Made by a program: the position numbers and the translations under genes
Notes under the pieces: generated by a model
What the model was told of the DNA's origin: nothing
Seen by the model: the letters and a program-made list of their open reading frames with translations, nothing else
Database searches by the model: none
Shown: positions 41,468 to 51,317 of the stretch, piece by piece
Position numbering within the stretch: the stretch's first letter is position 1
Layout of the letters: every line of letters begins with the position of its first letter
Assembly (NCBI GenBank): GCA_049968255.1
Contig: JBMFRB010000003.1
Location: 192,998-256,997, forward strand
Origin: Candidatus Sumerlaeaceae bacterium
GTDB taxonomy: Bacteria > Sumerlaeota > Sumerlaeia > Sumerlaeales > Sumerlaeaceae
DNA length: 64,000 bases
Reading direction: 5' to 3'

Positions 41468-41975
41468 CTAAAATCGCGACATCGAGATTTTCGCGCAGGA
41501 GTTCAGCGGCAAGCGCCGCAATTTTCTCGGAAGGGGCGAGAATTCGCACGTCGCGATGCGTGTCGTCCACGGTGGAAAAATGCATACGCCAACACTCCGA
41601 TGGCAAGGATTCGGCGAAGCGATCCCCCCATTCGACAAACGCAACTGCTGTAGGCGCCAGATCGTCAAAACCGAGATCAAGCAGTTCAGCGTAGGTGTCC
41701 AGGCGATAGACGTCGTAATGAACAAACTGCTCGATCCCCAAGCTATTCTGTGGCAGGTCATAAAGCTTCTGCAGGACGAACGTGGGGCTTGTCACAGGAT
41801 GAGCATAGCCAAACGTGGCCGCAAGTTGACGCACGAAAAACGTTTTGCCGCTGCCAAGTTCGCCTTCGAGCGAGACGACATCTCCGCCGCGCAGGCAACG
41901 CCCCACTGCAGCGGCCAGGCGCCGCATGTCATCTTGCGCTATCTGTCTCAGCGCGAGTGATTTCACCGCAGTCAT
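41460..41975 (-). CDS. tsaE: tRNA threonylcarbamoyladenosine biosynthesis ATPase TsaE
   Basis: LEGELGSGKT, VTSPTF, HYDVYRL, VEWG. Confidence 0.95.
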   Translation of the reverse strand: MTAVKSLALRQIAQDDMRRLAAAVGRCLRGGDVVSLEGELGSGKTFFVRQLAATFGYAHPVTSPTFVLQKLYDLPQNSLGIEQFVHYDVYRLDTYAELLDLGFDDLAPTAVAFVEWGDRFAESLPSECWRMHFSTVDDTHRDVRILAPSEKIAALAAELLRENLDVAILDE

Positions 41976-42100
41976 AAGCTCACGTTGCCCAGGCGCACGC
42001 GGCGCCGACAAGCGATTTCCTTCGGCGGCTATGTCACCTCACACGGTGAGGGGAGAATTTTGATTGCCCACACAGCCTTGCCAGGGCATGTGTGCGGCTC

Positions 42101-43234
42101 ATGAGAATCGCGCTCAATGCAATGCAGGTGCGCGCCGCCAAAAGCGGTGTTGGTCAGCACATTCATGGGTTGGTTGACGCGCTTATCGAACTGGCGCCTC
42201 AGGAAAAGATCACTCTCTACTGCACGCCGCAAAACGTGCGCAACTATGCTTTTCGCGCGCCGAATTACCAGGCGCGTGTGTGGGGACTGCCGGAAAAAGC
42301 GCGCTCGCTGCGACTACTCTACGAGTACACATTCCTGCCAGGTGAGCTTGCGCGCTGCGGCTACGATCTGTTTCATGGTCTGTCGAATTTCTTGCCGCTG
42401 CGCAAGGTTTGCCCCTACGTGGTGACAATCCACGACCTGTCGTACTACGTGCATCCGGAACGATGCCCGTGGTTAAGGCGCCAGTACTGGTACGCCATGA
42501 CACGCCGCACGGTCGAGCTCGCTGATGCCATGATCACCGTCAGTCACGCCAGTCGCCGCGATATTGAGCATTTTTTCCCCACTACACGCGGGCGCGTCCA
42601 TGTGATCCCGAACGCGGCCCATGCGCGTTTCCGCCCACTCGAGGTCGCGCGCGAAGCCACGTGCCTGCCCGCACTCGGCATCAACTTCCCGTACGTGCTG
42701 TTCGTTGGCACGCTTGAGCCCGGTAAAAACGTTGAGCGACTGATTCGGGCTTTCGACGTTGTTGCTGCCGATTTTCCGCAACACCATCTTGTCGTCGCTG
42801 GCGACCGTGGCTGGCTCTACGAAGGAATTTTTGCGGCAGCGCAGCAGGCGCGAGCCCGTGATCGCATTCATTTCCTTGGCCACCAGCCCGACGATGCTGT
42901 GGTTGAGCTCATGAACTTCTGCGATGTGTTCGTGTTTCCCTCGCTTTACGAAGGCTTTGGTCTGCCGCCGCTCGAAGCGATGGCTTGCGGCGCACCGGTC
43001 ATCACATCGAATGTGAGCTCGTTGCCCGAGGTCGTGGGCGATGCGGCGGTGCTCGTCAACCCGCTGAATAGTGAAGAAATTGCCGAGGCGATCCAGAAGG
43101 TCTTGAGCGACGAATCGTTACGTCGCGAGCTGCGTGAAAAAGGTCTTGCACGTGCAAGCAAATTCTCTTGGAAAAATGCGGCAAAAGAAACTTTAATGGT
43201 GTATCAAAGCATCCTCAGAAAAGGTCGTCCATGA
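42101..43234 (+). CDS. Glycosyltransferase family 4 (GT-B)
   Basis: VTIHDL, FVGTLEPGKN, FPSLYEGFGLPPLEAMACG. Confidence 0.93.
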   Translation: MRIALNAMQVRAAKSGVGQHIHGLVDALIELAPQEKITLYCTPQNVRNYAFRAPNYQARVWGLPEKARSLRLLYEYTFLPGELARCGYDLFHGLSNFLPLRKVCPYVVTIHDLSYYVHPERCPWLRRQYWYAMTRRTVELADAMITVSHASRRDIEHFFPTTRGRVHVIPNAAHARFRPLEVAREATCLPALGINFPYVLFVGTLEPGKNVERLIRAFDVVAADFPQHHLVVAGDRGWLYEGIFAAAQQARARDRIHFLGHQPDDAVVELMNFCDVFVFPSLYEGFGLPPLEAMACGAPVITSNVSSLPEVVGDAAVLVNPLNSEEIAEAIQKVLSDESLRRELREKGLARASKFSWKNAAKETLMVYQSILRKGRP

Positions 43235-45390
43235 GCCAAACTGCCAGCAAACGCCGCATTCGCATCGGAATTGACGTCGGCGGCACGTTCACCCATGCCG
43301 TGGCGATTGAAGCCTCCAGCCTTGAGATCGTAGCGCAGGTCAAGGTGCCCACGACCCACCGCCACGAGCGCGGTGTGGCTGCCGGCATTGTGCAGGCGCT
43401 GTTCCAGCTGCTGCGCGAGGGCAACATTAGCTCCGACGAAATCGTTCTCATTGCCCACTCAACTACTCAGGCCACCAACGCACTGCTCGAGGGCGATGTC
43501 GCACCTGTCGGCATTGTGGGAATGGCGGGCGGTCTTGGTCGAAGCCGTGCGCGCGGTCAAACCCGTCTTGGCGATATGGAGTTGGCTCCCGGCCGATTCC
43601 TTCGCACGTATCACGTTTTCCTCGATATAACCCAGGGACTCACCGAAGAGCAGGTGGCCAGAGCGGTAGACCAGCTTCTCGAGCAAGGTGCCAAGGTCAT
43701 CGTCGCCAGCGCAGCCTTCAGCGTTGAAGATCCCCAGTACGAAGATCTCGTGGTGGAACATTGCCACAAGCGTGGCATCCTGGCGACGGCCGCTTATCAG
43801 ATCTCGCAGCTCTACGGCCTGCGGGCGCGCACGCGAACGGCAGTCATCAATGCCTCGATGCTACCGAAAATGCTTGAGACGGCCGACATGACCGAGGCGA
43901 GTGTGCGTGAGGCTGGCATTAGCGCACCGCTCATGATCATGCGCAGCGACGGCGGCATCATGGACATTGCCGAAATGCGCCGGCGCCCCATCCTCACGAT
44001 GCTCAGCGGGCCGGCAGCCGGCGTCGCCGCTGCCCTTATGTATGCTCGCATCAGCGATGGCATCTTTCTCGAAGTCGGGGGCACGTCCACGGATATCAGT
44101 GCGATCCGCAACGGCAAATCCCTCGTCAAAAGTGCCGTGGTCGGCGGGCACCGTCTTTATCTGCGCACCTTGGACGTCCGCACTCTCGGTGTTGCTGGAG
44201 GCAGTTTGCCACGCACTCAAGGGCACAACGTCGTGGATGTAGGGCCACGCAGCGCCCACATCGCAGGCGTGGGGTATGCAGCGTTTCAAAATCAACTGAG
44301 TGGGGAGATTACGACAGAGCATTTCAGGCCACTCGACGGCGATCCCGCCGACTATGTGCGCATGCGCAGCGCCGAGGGCGATGTTTTCTCTGTCACGCCA
44401 ACATGCATGGCCAATTTTCTTGGGCTCGTGCCCGAAGACAATTGTGCTCGCGGCAACATCGAAAGCATTCGCCACGCGGTGGCTGCGCTGTGCCGGTTCG
44501 TGCGCCGCGACGCGGATTCCCTTGCTCACGAGTATATGACCAAAGCCACAACCCGCGTTCGCCAAGTAGTGGAAGAAATGATAGAAGATTACGAGCTTGA
44601 CCCCCAGCTTTTGGTGCTCACGGGCGGCGGCGGTGGTGCTGCAGCGATTGTGCCTTTTACCGCAAAATCTATGGGCTTGCCATACGAAATTGCGCCGAAC
44701 TCTGCCGTGATCTCAGCCATTGGCGTGGCGCTAGCGCTTGTGCGCGACACTATCGAAAAAACTGTAGTGAACCCGACTGAGAAGGACATCCTTCAGATTC
44801 GCCAAGAGGCCGAGGAAGCTGTCGTGCGGATGGGAGCCGCTCCCGAAACCGTCGAAGTGCAGATCGAAATTGATGCACAGAAGAACATCTTGCGTGCGTC
44901 GGCCACGGGCACAACGGAACTGCGCACGCGCGATTTATCCAAAGCCGCGCTTAGCGATGCAGAACTCGATGCGCGCGTGCGCCAAAGCGTGCGCGGTGAA
45001 ATCGAAACCTTCGAACGTGTCGCCGAAGTTGGTAATTTGCTGGTCTATCGTGCGGTGACAGTCACACGCAAACTCGGCGGACTGCTGAGGCGCCGTGATA
45101 CGCAGCTGCGCGTCATTGACCGCGAAGGCATTATCCGCCTTCAACTGCGGCGCGGCGATTGTCTCGCGGGCACAAAAGCCAGCGTTCTGGGCGGGTTGAA
45201 AGAGTTTTTCGAGAAACACACCGTCTATGGCGACGCAGGTCGCGAGTTTCCGGACGTGTTCCTGCTCTTTCGTGGCCGTATTCTCGATCTCTCGGGCCTC
45301 ATGAACATCGATCAAATACTTTCCCTAACGCAGGTGGAAACCGCGGCACTCGCAAGCCATGAACCCATGGCTGCGCTCATCAAATATTAG
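43231..45390 (+). CDS. Hydantoinase/oxoprolinase A-family ATPase (stand-alone)
   Basis: IGIDVGGTFT, HSTTQATNALL, RTRTAVINA, MRSDGG, SGPAAG, EVGGTSTD, GVAGGS. ATGA overlap with the GT4 stop. Confidence 0.88.
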   Translation: MSQTASKRRIRIGIDVGGTFTHAVAIEASSLEIVAQVKVPTTHRHERGVAAGIVQALFQLLREGNISSDEIVLIAHSTTQATNALLEGDVAPVGIVGMAGGLGRSRARGQTRLGDMELAPGRFLRTYHVFLDITQGLTEEQVARAVDQLLEQGAKVIVASAAFSVEDPQYEDLVVEHCHKRGILATAAYQISQLYGLRARTRTAVINASMLPKMLETADMTEASVREAGISAPLMIMRSDGGIMDIAEMRRRPILTMLSGPAAGVAAALMYARISDGIFLEVGGTSTDISAIRNGKSLVKSAVVGGHRLYLRTLDVRTLGVAGGSLPRTQGHNVVDVGPRSAHIAGVGYAAFQNQLSGEITTEHFRPLDGDPADYVRMRSAEGDVFSVTPTCMANFLGLVPEDNCARGNIESIRHAVAALCRFVRRDADSLAHEYMTKATTRVRQVVEEMIEDYELDPQLLVLTGGGGGAAAIVPFTAKSMGLPYEIAPNSAVISAIGVALALVRDTIEKTVVNPTEKDILQIRQEAEEAVVRMGAAPETVEVQIEIDAQKNILRASATGTTELRTRDLSKAALSDAELDARVRQSVRGEIETFERVAEVGNLLVYRAVTVTRKLGGLLRRRDTQLRVIDREGIIRLQLRRGDCLAGTKASVLGGLKEFFEKHTVYGDAGREFPDVFLLFRGRILDLSGLMNIDQILSLTQVETAALASHEPMAALIKY

Positions 45391-46667
45391 TGCACGTCGT
45401 TTTTCCGAAAGCGCATAATCAGCTCGGCACCGTAAACGTAGCGATGGTCGAGGTACGTGCAATCCAGCGCTTCGACTTCCTCTTTCAGCGACGCGAATGT
45501 GTAGTGCGTGATGTGTTCGTCAGCATAGCCGCCGGGGTGCACCGCCCCGTAGATTTTCTCAATGGTGGTCCACCATGTGGCATAGTCGGGTGTGCCGACA
45601 ACCACGATGCCACCAGGCCGCACCACCCGCACGACTTCACTGAGAATTTTCGGGTCGCGTGGCAAGTGCTCAATGACCTGAGAAAAAATCACTGCGTCGT
45701 AGGATTCGGAAGCAAAGGGCAAGTCAAAGACGCTTGCCCTCACAAGACCGCCGCTGCGCCCCCGCTTGTGGCGGAGTTTGTTGAGGCGAATGTCGCAACC
45801 ATCGGCCTGGGGCAAGCCCTCGAGCACTTGGCTCGATCCGCATCCGATATCCAGCACACGCGGACAATCCCGCACCATTTCCACAAGCGCGTGATAACGC
45901 CAGCGTTGCCACGAGCGCTGAAACCAGATCCGGCTATGGAAGGCGCGCTCGTCATAGTCTGCGCAGTCAATCGAGTTTCGCAGCTGCCACAGCGGGTAGA
46001 GGGTTGTCAGGTAACCTTGCGCCATCTGCCAAAACGTGAAATCTGGCCGCCGCGAGAGAGGAAAATAGTGCAAGGGGACTTCGGCGAGGCGAAAACCCGC
46101 AGCGTAGCTTCGCACAAGGATTTCGAGAAGGACAGAAAACCCTTCATGCTCGAACGAGACTTCATCAAACACCCGCCGCCTGTAAAGGCGAAAGCTCGAA
46201 GATAAATCGCGAACAGGAAAATCAAGAACCCAGCCAATGAACCGATTGGCCCAACGGGCTGCTGTGGACCGTAGCCAGTTTCCATTGTCGTAACCGCACT
46301 CAACGAATCGCGACGCGACAACGAGGTCAGCTTCGGTGCGCCTGTGGAAGAGCTCTGGGATGATAAAGGGGCTATGGGCAAGGCCTGTTTCCATCGTGAG
46401 GATCCACTCCCCCCCCGCAAGCCGCAGAGCTTCACGCAGCGAGTCGCCGTAGTTGCCAGGGTAACGATAGGTTTGAGACGCGAAAGGCTCTAGCGCCTGC
46501 TCAACGCTGGGCTGCCCCGTTGCAGGCAAAGTCGCGATGACTTCCCAGCGCGTGCCCTCAGGAAGGCGCGCACACGCAAGAGGAAGTCGTTCGAGTAGGC
46601 GGCGCGCAGCGCCAGCATCTGGAACGTATGGAAGAACAATGCTGAGATCGAATTGATGTGTTATCAT
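45387..46667 (-). CDS. Fusion of a degenerate GT2 (DPM1-like) domain and a class I SAM methyltransferase
   Basis: GNYGDSL, DLVVASRF, RDLSSSFRLYRR, EVP (DPM1-like); VLDIGCGS, LPF...YDAV..SQVIEHL, RVVRPGG (methyltransferase). Confidence 0.85.
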   Translation of the reverse strand: MITHQFDLSIVLPYVPDAGAARRLLERLPLACARLPEGTRWEVIATLPATGQPSVEQALEPFASQTYRYPGNYGDSLREALRLAGGEWILTMETGLAHSPFIIPELFHRRTEADLVVASRFVECGYDNGNWLRSTAARWANRFIGWVLDFPVRDLSSSFRLYRRRVFDEVSFEHEGFSVLLEILVRSYAAGFRLAEVPLHYFPLSRRPDFTFWQMAQGYLTTLYPLWQLRNSIDCADYDERAFHSRIWFQRSWQRWRYHALVEMVRDCPRVLDIGCGSSQVLEGLPQADGCDIRLNKLRHKRGRSGGLVRASVFDLPFASESYDAVIFSQVIEHLPRDPKILSEVVRVVRPGGIVVVGTPDYATWWTTIEKIYGAVHPGGYADEHITHYTFASLKEEVEALDCTYLDHRYVYGAELIMRFRKNDVH

Positions 46668-47036
46668 CGCGCAAAATCACAGTTTTTAGGATAAGCTGCA
46701 TGCTCCCACGTTGAAAAAGCGCACGCTCATGAGCAAGGCCCAAAAACAGAATGTGCTTCAACCTGTGCCGGTAAGCGGCGGGGAGGATTTCGTCCACTGG
46801 CGCAGGGCTAGCACCTGCCGCACCTATGACGAAAAGCAACCGCATGAGCGCCACGAAGGACGGACCATGTGTGAGGTGCCCAAGGCAACTCTCCCTCACG
46901 CTCTTTATCGGGGCAATTGCCCAATGATTTGGGAACGAAGTCCTCACGGCGCTGAGCTCTCATTTCTCGCACGCAGGAAGAGATGGACTGGTAAGCCCCG
47001 TCTCCCACGATGGACGATGTGCGGCCTGAGGACTTC

Positions 47037-48227
47037 CTATGTTTGTTGCAGCGGCCCTGCAAGAGCGGCAGGCAGATCCACGCGGAAAATTGTCCCCTGC
47101 TCTGCTGAACTTTCGAAAGAGACATGCCCCTCAAGATACTTCTCCGCAAAAAGCTTTATCGAGTAAGTTCCCAAACCGCGACCAGTTCCTTTCGTGCTAT
47201 AAGAACGTTGGAAAATCTGAAGCTGGACTTCGTGCGGGATCATTCCCGGATTATGCACCTCAAAGCGCACGCCGCCGTTATGGCGCAAGCAGCGCAAAGT
47301 CACCGTCTGGCCCTCGCCGATTGCTTCAAGTCCATTTTTCACCATATTCTCGATCACGCGCGAGAGAAGAGTTTTGTCCGTGACGATTTCGACGTCTTCG
47401 CTCTGCGGATCGATCACGATGGTACGTCCCTGTGCCACCGGATGCAGGCGATAAGTCTCAGCAATCTCATGAATCAGCGCCCGCGCCGACACTTGCGCGG
47501 GGAACACTTCCAAATCCCCGCGCTCCGCTGCGCTGAGCAATTGCTGACCGCGAATTTCCTGAATAAGGCGCGACGTCAGCCGGACAATCCGCATGCGCAC
47601 CTCCTCGAGTTCCTCCGGCGTGATCTCACCAAGGTACTCGCTAAAGCCATGAATTGCGCCAGCGAGATTCAACAGATCGTGGAAGAACAGGCGTTCGAGC
47701 GCCGCACGTCGTTTTTCGTGTGTGATATCGGAGAGAGCAAAAATAGAAAAGTGTTGGCCCGCGATTGAGATCGGCTTGGTCCAAACACGAAACTCCAGTG
47801 CATCTTTTGTCGAGCGCAAGATGCGGCACTCCTCGGTCATTTCCTGGCCGTAAAGGCTACCGACGATAGCCTTCATTGCGCCACATGTCCGGCAAAATTC
47901 GGTTGTGCCACACCCTTGCGGCGCTTCCGTAGCGTGGATGCAGTTGAAGACCTCTCCCGGTCGCAAACCGCAAAAATCGTCGGGGCTCTGGCAGCCAAGG
48001 ACCTTGAACAATCGCCTGTTCGCGAACACGATTTGCCGCTTGTCGTTGAGCACAAGAATAATGTTTGGCACAGCATCCAGAAAGGTGCGCAGCAGCGGCA
48101 CATTCTCGAAAATCGCCTTCGCCTGAGCTATCTCTTGGAGCGTTGACCGCTTGCCCGGGAGGCAATTCTTTGGCAAAAGAGAAGCGCTCAGCCATGTCGG
48201 AGCGGCGGATTCATTTGGTCTTGTCAT
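47037..48227 (-). CDS. Cytoplasmic sensor histidine kinase with a Cys-rich PAS-like input domain
   Basis: FFHDLLN H-box, NMVKNGLEA N-box, IFQRSYSTKGTGRGLG G-boxes; no TM segment. Confidence 0.9.
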   Translation of the reverse strand: MTRPNESAAPTWLSASLLPKNCLPGKRSTLQEIAQAKAIFENVPLLRTFLDAVPNIILVLNDKRQIVFANRRLFKVLGCQSPDDFCGLRPGEVFNCIHATEAPQGCGTTEFCRTCGAMKAIVGSLYGQEMTEECRILRSTKDALEFRVWTKPISIAGQHFSIFALSDITHEKRRAALERLFFHDLLNLAGAIHGFSEYLGEITPEELEEVRMRIVRLTSRLIQEIRGQQLLSAAERGDLEVFPAQVSARALIHEIAETYRLHPVAQGRTIVIDPQSEDVEIVTDKTLLSRVIENMVKNGLEAIGEGQTVTLRCLRHNGGVRFEVHNPGMIPHEVQLQIFQRSYSTKGTGRGLGTYSIKLFAEKYLEGHVSFESSAEQGTIFRVDLPAALAGPLQQT

Positions 48228-48650
48228 CTTGTCGCAAAGGCTAGCATGAGGCGATAGACGACTTCCAGCTGAAAATGAATAGAGAGTTGGCCCGCGCCTC
48301 GAAACCGCCCGTGAAGAACTATCCTCTTGTGGCCAGGCTAGTGCACTGGAATCGCTGACTTCATTTTCGCGGCAGTGAGCAGCTCAAAATGTGCACGTGT
48401 ACGTCGTCACCAAATCCCCGGGGCTGAGGGGAAGTCCTAAGCGAAAAAACTCACGATGATATCGGGTGAAGGTGGGCAAGAGTCGACCCGCCTACTAGTT
48501 GGGATCTCGGCTGGGCGCGGACAGCTCTTCGCATGACGGGCAAAGGGCTCTGTGCGCCGTGGATAGGTGCAAAAACTGCGCACACGAGCGGCGCGGCGGG
48601 GCGTTGTGCCCCTTTTCACCTAGGGAGGAAGCTTAGCGTGGCCGGCGGGC

Positions 48651-51119
48651 TTATTCAACTCCTCCAGCTTCGTCTGCCACGACGTCAAAATGAATGATGC
48701 TGGCTCGCCCCCTCTCATCCACGCATCGCAATTCATGGCGTCCCACTTCGGGCAGCCACGAAAGAGGCGCGCCCGCGGCTTGGACACCTACAAGCTCGCC
48801 ATCAAGCAACCAGTAGAGCCTCGATGTGACGGCATCGCACACCGCCTCGAACTTGATTTTTTGGAATTCGCGCTCTCGGAACGAAGCGAGAACAAACGTC
48901 TCGCCGTCGTGCGGCGCCACGATTTGCGGCGGGTGCCCTTGACGCATGGTCGGGCAGCCGGCGTAGTGCGGCGGCAGGCCCTCAAGCTTTCCTTGCGCCC
49001 GCAACCAGCTCGCGACGGCAGGGGACCAATCCGTAGCGATGATCTCTTTTAGTCGCCGTCCGGCCATGCAGCGCGGGCACACGAGAGTGAGTGTCTCGCA
49101 CTCCACAAGCAATTTCTTGTGAGTCCGGCAGACATGGGCGGCTCCGGAGGATGTGAATTGCTTGCTGAGCTTGGCAGAGTGCGTCGTGGGGCAGAGCTCG
49201 CACGCAAGGTCGCCGGATTGATCACAAATGACCACCTGTTCAACTTCCTGGGGTGGACGTGGCCACTCTGGCGATTGGGCATACTTTTTAGCCAGCTCGT
49301 TGATGATCTTCAGCGCAACCGGCGCAGCCACTCGGCCTCCCACAAGCGCCGGACTCGGTTTCCCATCGAAGTTGCCAAACCAGACCCCCACCGTAACATG
49401 CGCGTTGTAGGCAAGCGTCCACGCGTCGCGGTACCCATTGCTTGTCCCTGTTTTCCATGCCACGCTGTGGATCCCGCGTAGCTCCGGACTCACTTCTTGC
49501 ACGTCACGCAGCCGTTCGTCACAGAGAATAGAATTAACATAGTAGCATGTGTCCTTGCTCAGAAGACGCACGGGTGCGCTCGTTGGCGAGTCTTTAGGCG
49601 TCAGAAGGCGTTCGCGAGCCTGCCGCAGGTTCCATTGGCGCGCCGCTGCAAAGAGCAGTGGTTCGTCGTGCCCCGGCGGATAAACCAGTCGATAGGGGCG
49701 CCACACGCCCCCGCGTGCCAGCATGGCATAGGCATTAGCCAATTCGAGCAAGCGCACGCTGCATGTGCCTACGGCAAGCGTCAAGCCGAGCTCTCCGTCG
49801 CGTGGCATCATCCGCCGCACTCCCGCCGCGTCCAAGAATTCGAGCACGGCGGCCGGTCCGATGCGCTCGAGCACCTGCATCGCGGGCACGTTGAGCGACC
49901 AGGCAAGGGCCCGATCCAGGGGCACGAGCCCCCGCCACTGGAGATCATAATTATGTGGATCGTAATTTGTGAAGAGCCCGGGCACATCGGCCAGCATGCT
50001 CGTTGGCCACACGACGTTGCGTTCGAGAGCGAGCGCGTAGACGAACGGCTTGAGAGTGGATCCGGGCGAACGAGGGGCGAAGGCACCGTTGACCTGACCT
50101 GAAATTGAGCGATCCCAATAGTCGGCACTTCCCACAAGGGCCAGCACGTCGCCACTTCCGTTTTCGAGCACGACAGCAGCGGCGTTTGTAACATTCTGTC
50201 CTCTCAGTTTTTCAAGTTGCTCGCGCAGCGTTCGCTCAACCGAAAGCTGCACGTCCAGATCGAGCGTTGTGTGCACACGTGGTTCTGCAGGGAAGCGTGT
50301 GTGAACCAGGTCACAAAAGTGCGGGGCATAGACCGGCGGCATCGCCGTAGAGATTTGCGGGATGTGGTGGGCCGCTCGCCGCAAATCGTCCGACGAAAGA
50401 AAACCACATTCTTTCATTCGATGGAGCACAAACAAGGCACGGCGCCGAGCCACCGTAGGGAAACGATCAGGGCGATATCGGGAAGGCGCCTGAGGGAGGC
50501 CGGCGAGCAAGGCTGCCTCGGCCGGCGAAAGCGTTCGCGCAGACTTGCCCAAGTAGCGCCACGCCGCTGCTTCGATGCCACGGATGTTGCCCCCGTAAGG
50601 TGCGTTCGTCAAATAGAGCTCAAGAATTTGCTCTTTGGTGCGGCGGCGTTCGAGCTGAAGCGCCCGCACGATTTGCCTGAACTTTCGCCACAGCGTGCGC
50701 TCGCGCGTGTCCGCGAGCCCTACGACTTGCATCGTGATTGTTGAAGCGCCGGACATAATGCGCCCGTGCGTGAGATTCTGCCAGGTTGCACGGGCCAGTG
50801 CCATCAAATCCACGCCTTTGTGGCGATAGAAGCGCCGATCTTCCGCCGCTAGCGTGGCGCGCACCACCCAGGGAGAAATTTCGCTCAGCGGCACCGCCAT
50901 GCGCCACTGTTCGTCTCGCGCAAGATACGCACGCAGAAACCGACCGTGGCGATCAAACAACGTGCTAGAAACTTCTCCCGTAAAAAGGGCATCAGGGTCA
51001 AAAGGCAAAAATGCCACCAGCAACGCCAATACGAAACTAGCGGCCAACACAGCCGCTGCCACGATCACAGCGCCGCGGCTTAGAATTCTGCTCCACTGCC
51101 GGATATTTTTTGCGTGCAT
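48651..51119 (-). CDS. pbpC: Penicillin-binding protein 1C
   Basis: EDRRFY.HKGVD, SGASTITMQ, NAPYGGN (transglycosylase); SPGSTLKPF, SLN, KTGTS (transpeptidase); C-terminal PBP1C beta domain (YWLLDG...G.HEL..VD..G). Start ATG 51119 is inferred. Confidence 0.92.
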   Translation of the reverse strand: MHAKNIRQWSRILSRGAVIVAAAVLAASFVLALLVAFLPFDPDALFTGEVSSTLFDRHGRFLRAYLARDEQWRMAVPLSEISPWVVRATLAAEDRRFYRHKGVDLMALARATWQNLTHGRIMSGASTITMQVVGLADTRERTLWRKFRQIVRALQLERRRTKEQILELYLTNAPYGGNIRGIEAAAWRYLGKSARTLSPAEAALLAGLPQAPSRYRPDRFPTVARRRALFVLHRMKECGFLSSDDLRRAAHHIPQISTAMPPVYAPHFCDLVHTRFPAEPRVHTTLDLDVQLSVERTLREQLEKLRGQNVTNAAAVVLENGSGDVLALVGSADYWDRSISGQVNGAFAPRSPGSTLKPFVYALALERNVVWPTSMLADVPGLFTNYDPHNYDLQWRGLVPLDRALAWSLNVPAMQVLERIGPAAVLEFLDAAGVRRMMPRDGELGLTLAVGTCSVRLLELANAYAMLARGGVWRPYRLVYPPGHDEPLLFAAARQWNLRQARERLLTPKDSPTSAPVRLLSKDTCYYVNSILCDERLRDVQEVSPELRGIHSVAWKTGTSNGYRDAWTLAYNAHVTVGVWFGNFDGKPSPALVGGRVAAPVALKIINELAKKYAQSPEWPRPPQEVEQVVICDQSGDLACELCPTTHSAKLSKQFTSSGAAHVCRTHKKLLVECETLTLVCPRCMAGRRLKEIIATDWSPAVASWLRAQGKLEGLPPHYAGCPTMRQGHPPQIVAPHDGETFVLASFREREFQKIKFEAVCDAVTSRLYWLLDGELVGVQAAGAPLSWLPEVGRHELRCVDERGRASIIHFDVVADEAGGVE

Positions 51120-51317
51120 CTCGTCAAGCGCTTTTTTGCATTGCTTGAAAATCCTCACACTTCAACCCCAGGTTTTTCTAGTTAGAAGCAGGTCAGCTAT
51201 TGTCGCGAAATTCCCATTGCCATATTTTAGGCTTTTAGGTTTTGAAACGATTCATGTATGGGTTGAACTGGAAGGCATCCTGATCGCGCCACTGGGTTGC
51301 TTAGGAAAAACGGTGCC

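Noticed and set aside
46711-47166. 151-aa ORF in the spacer before the histidine kinase end
   Set aside because: No RBS or motifs, and it overlaps the kinase 3' end; the spacer is treated as non-coding.
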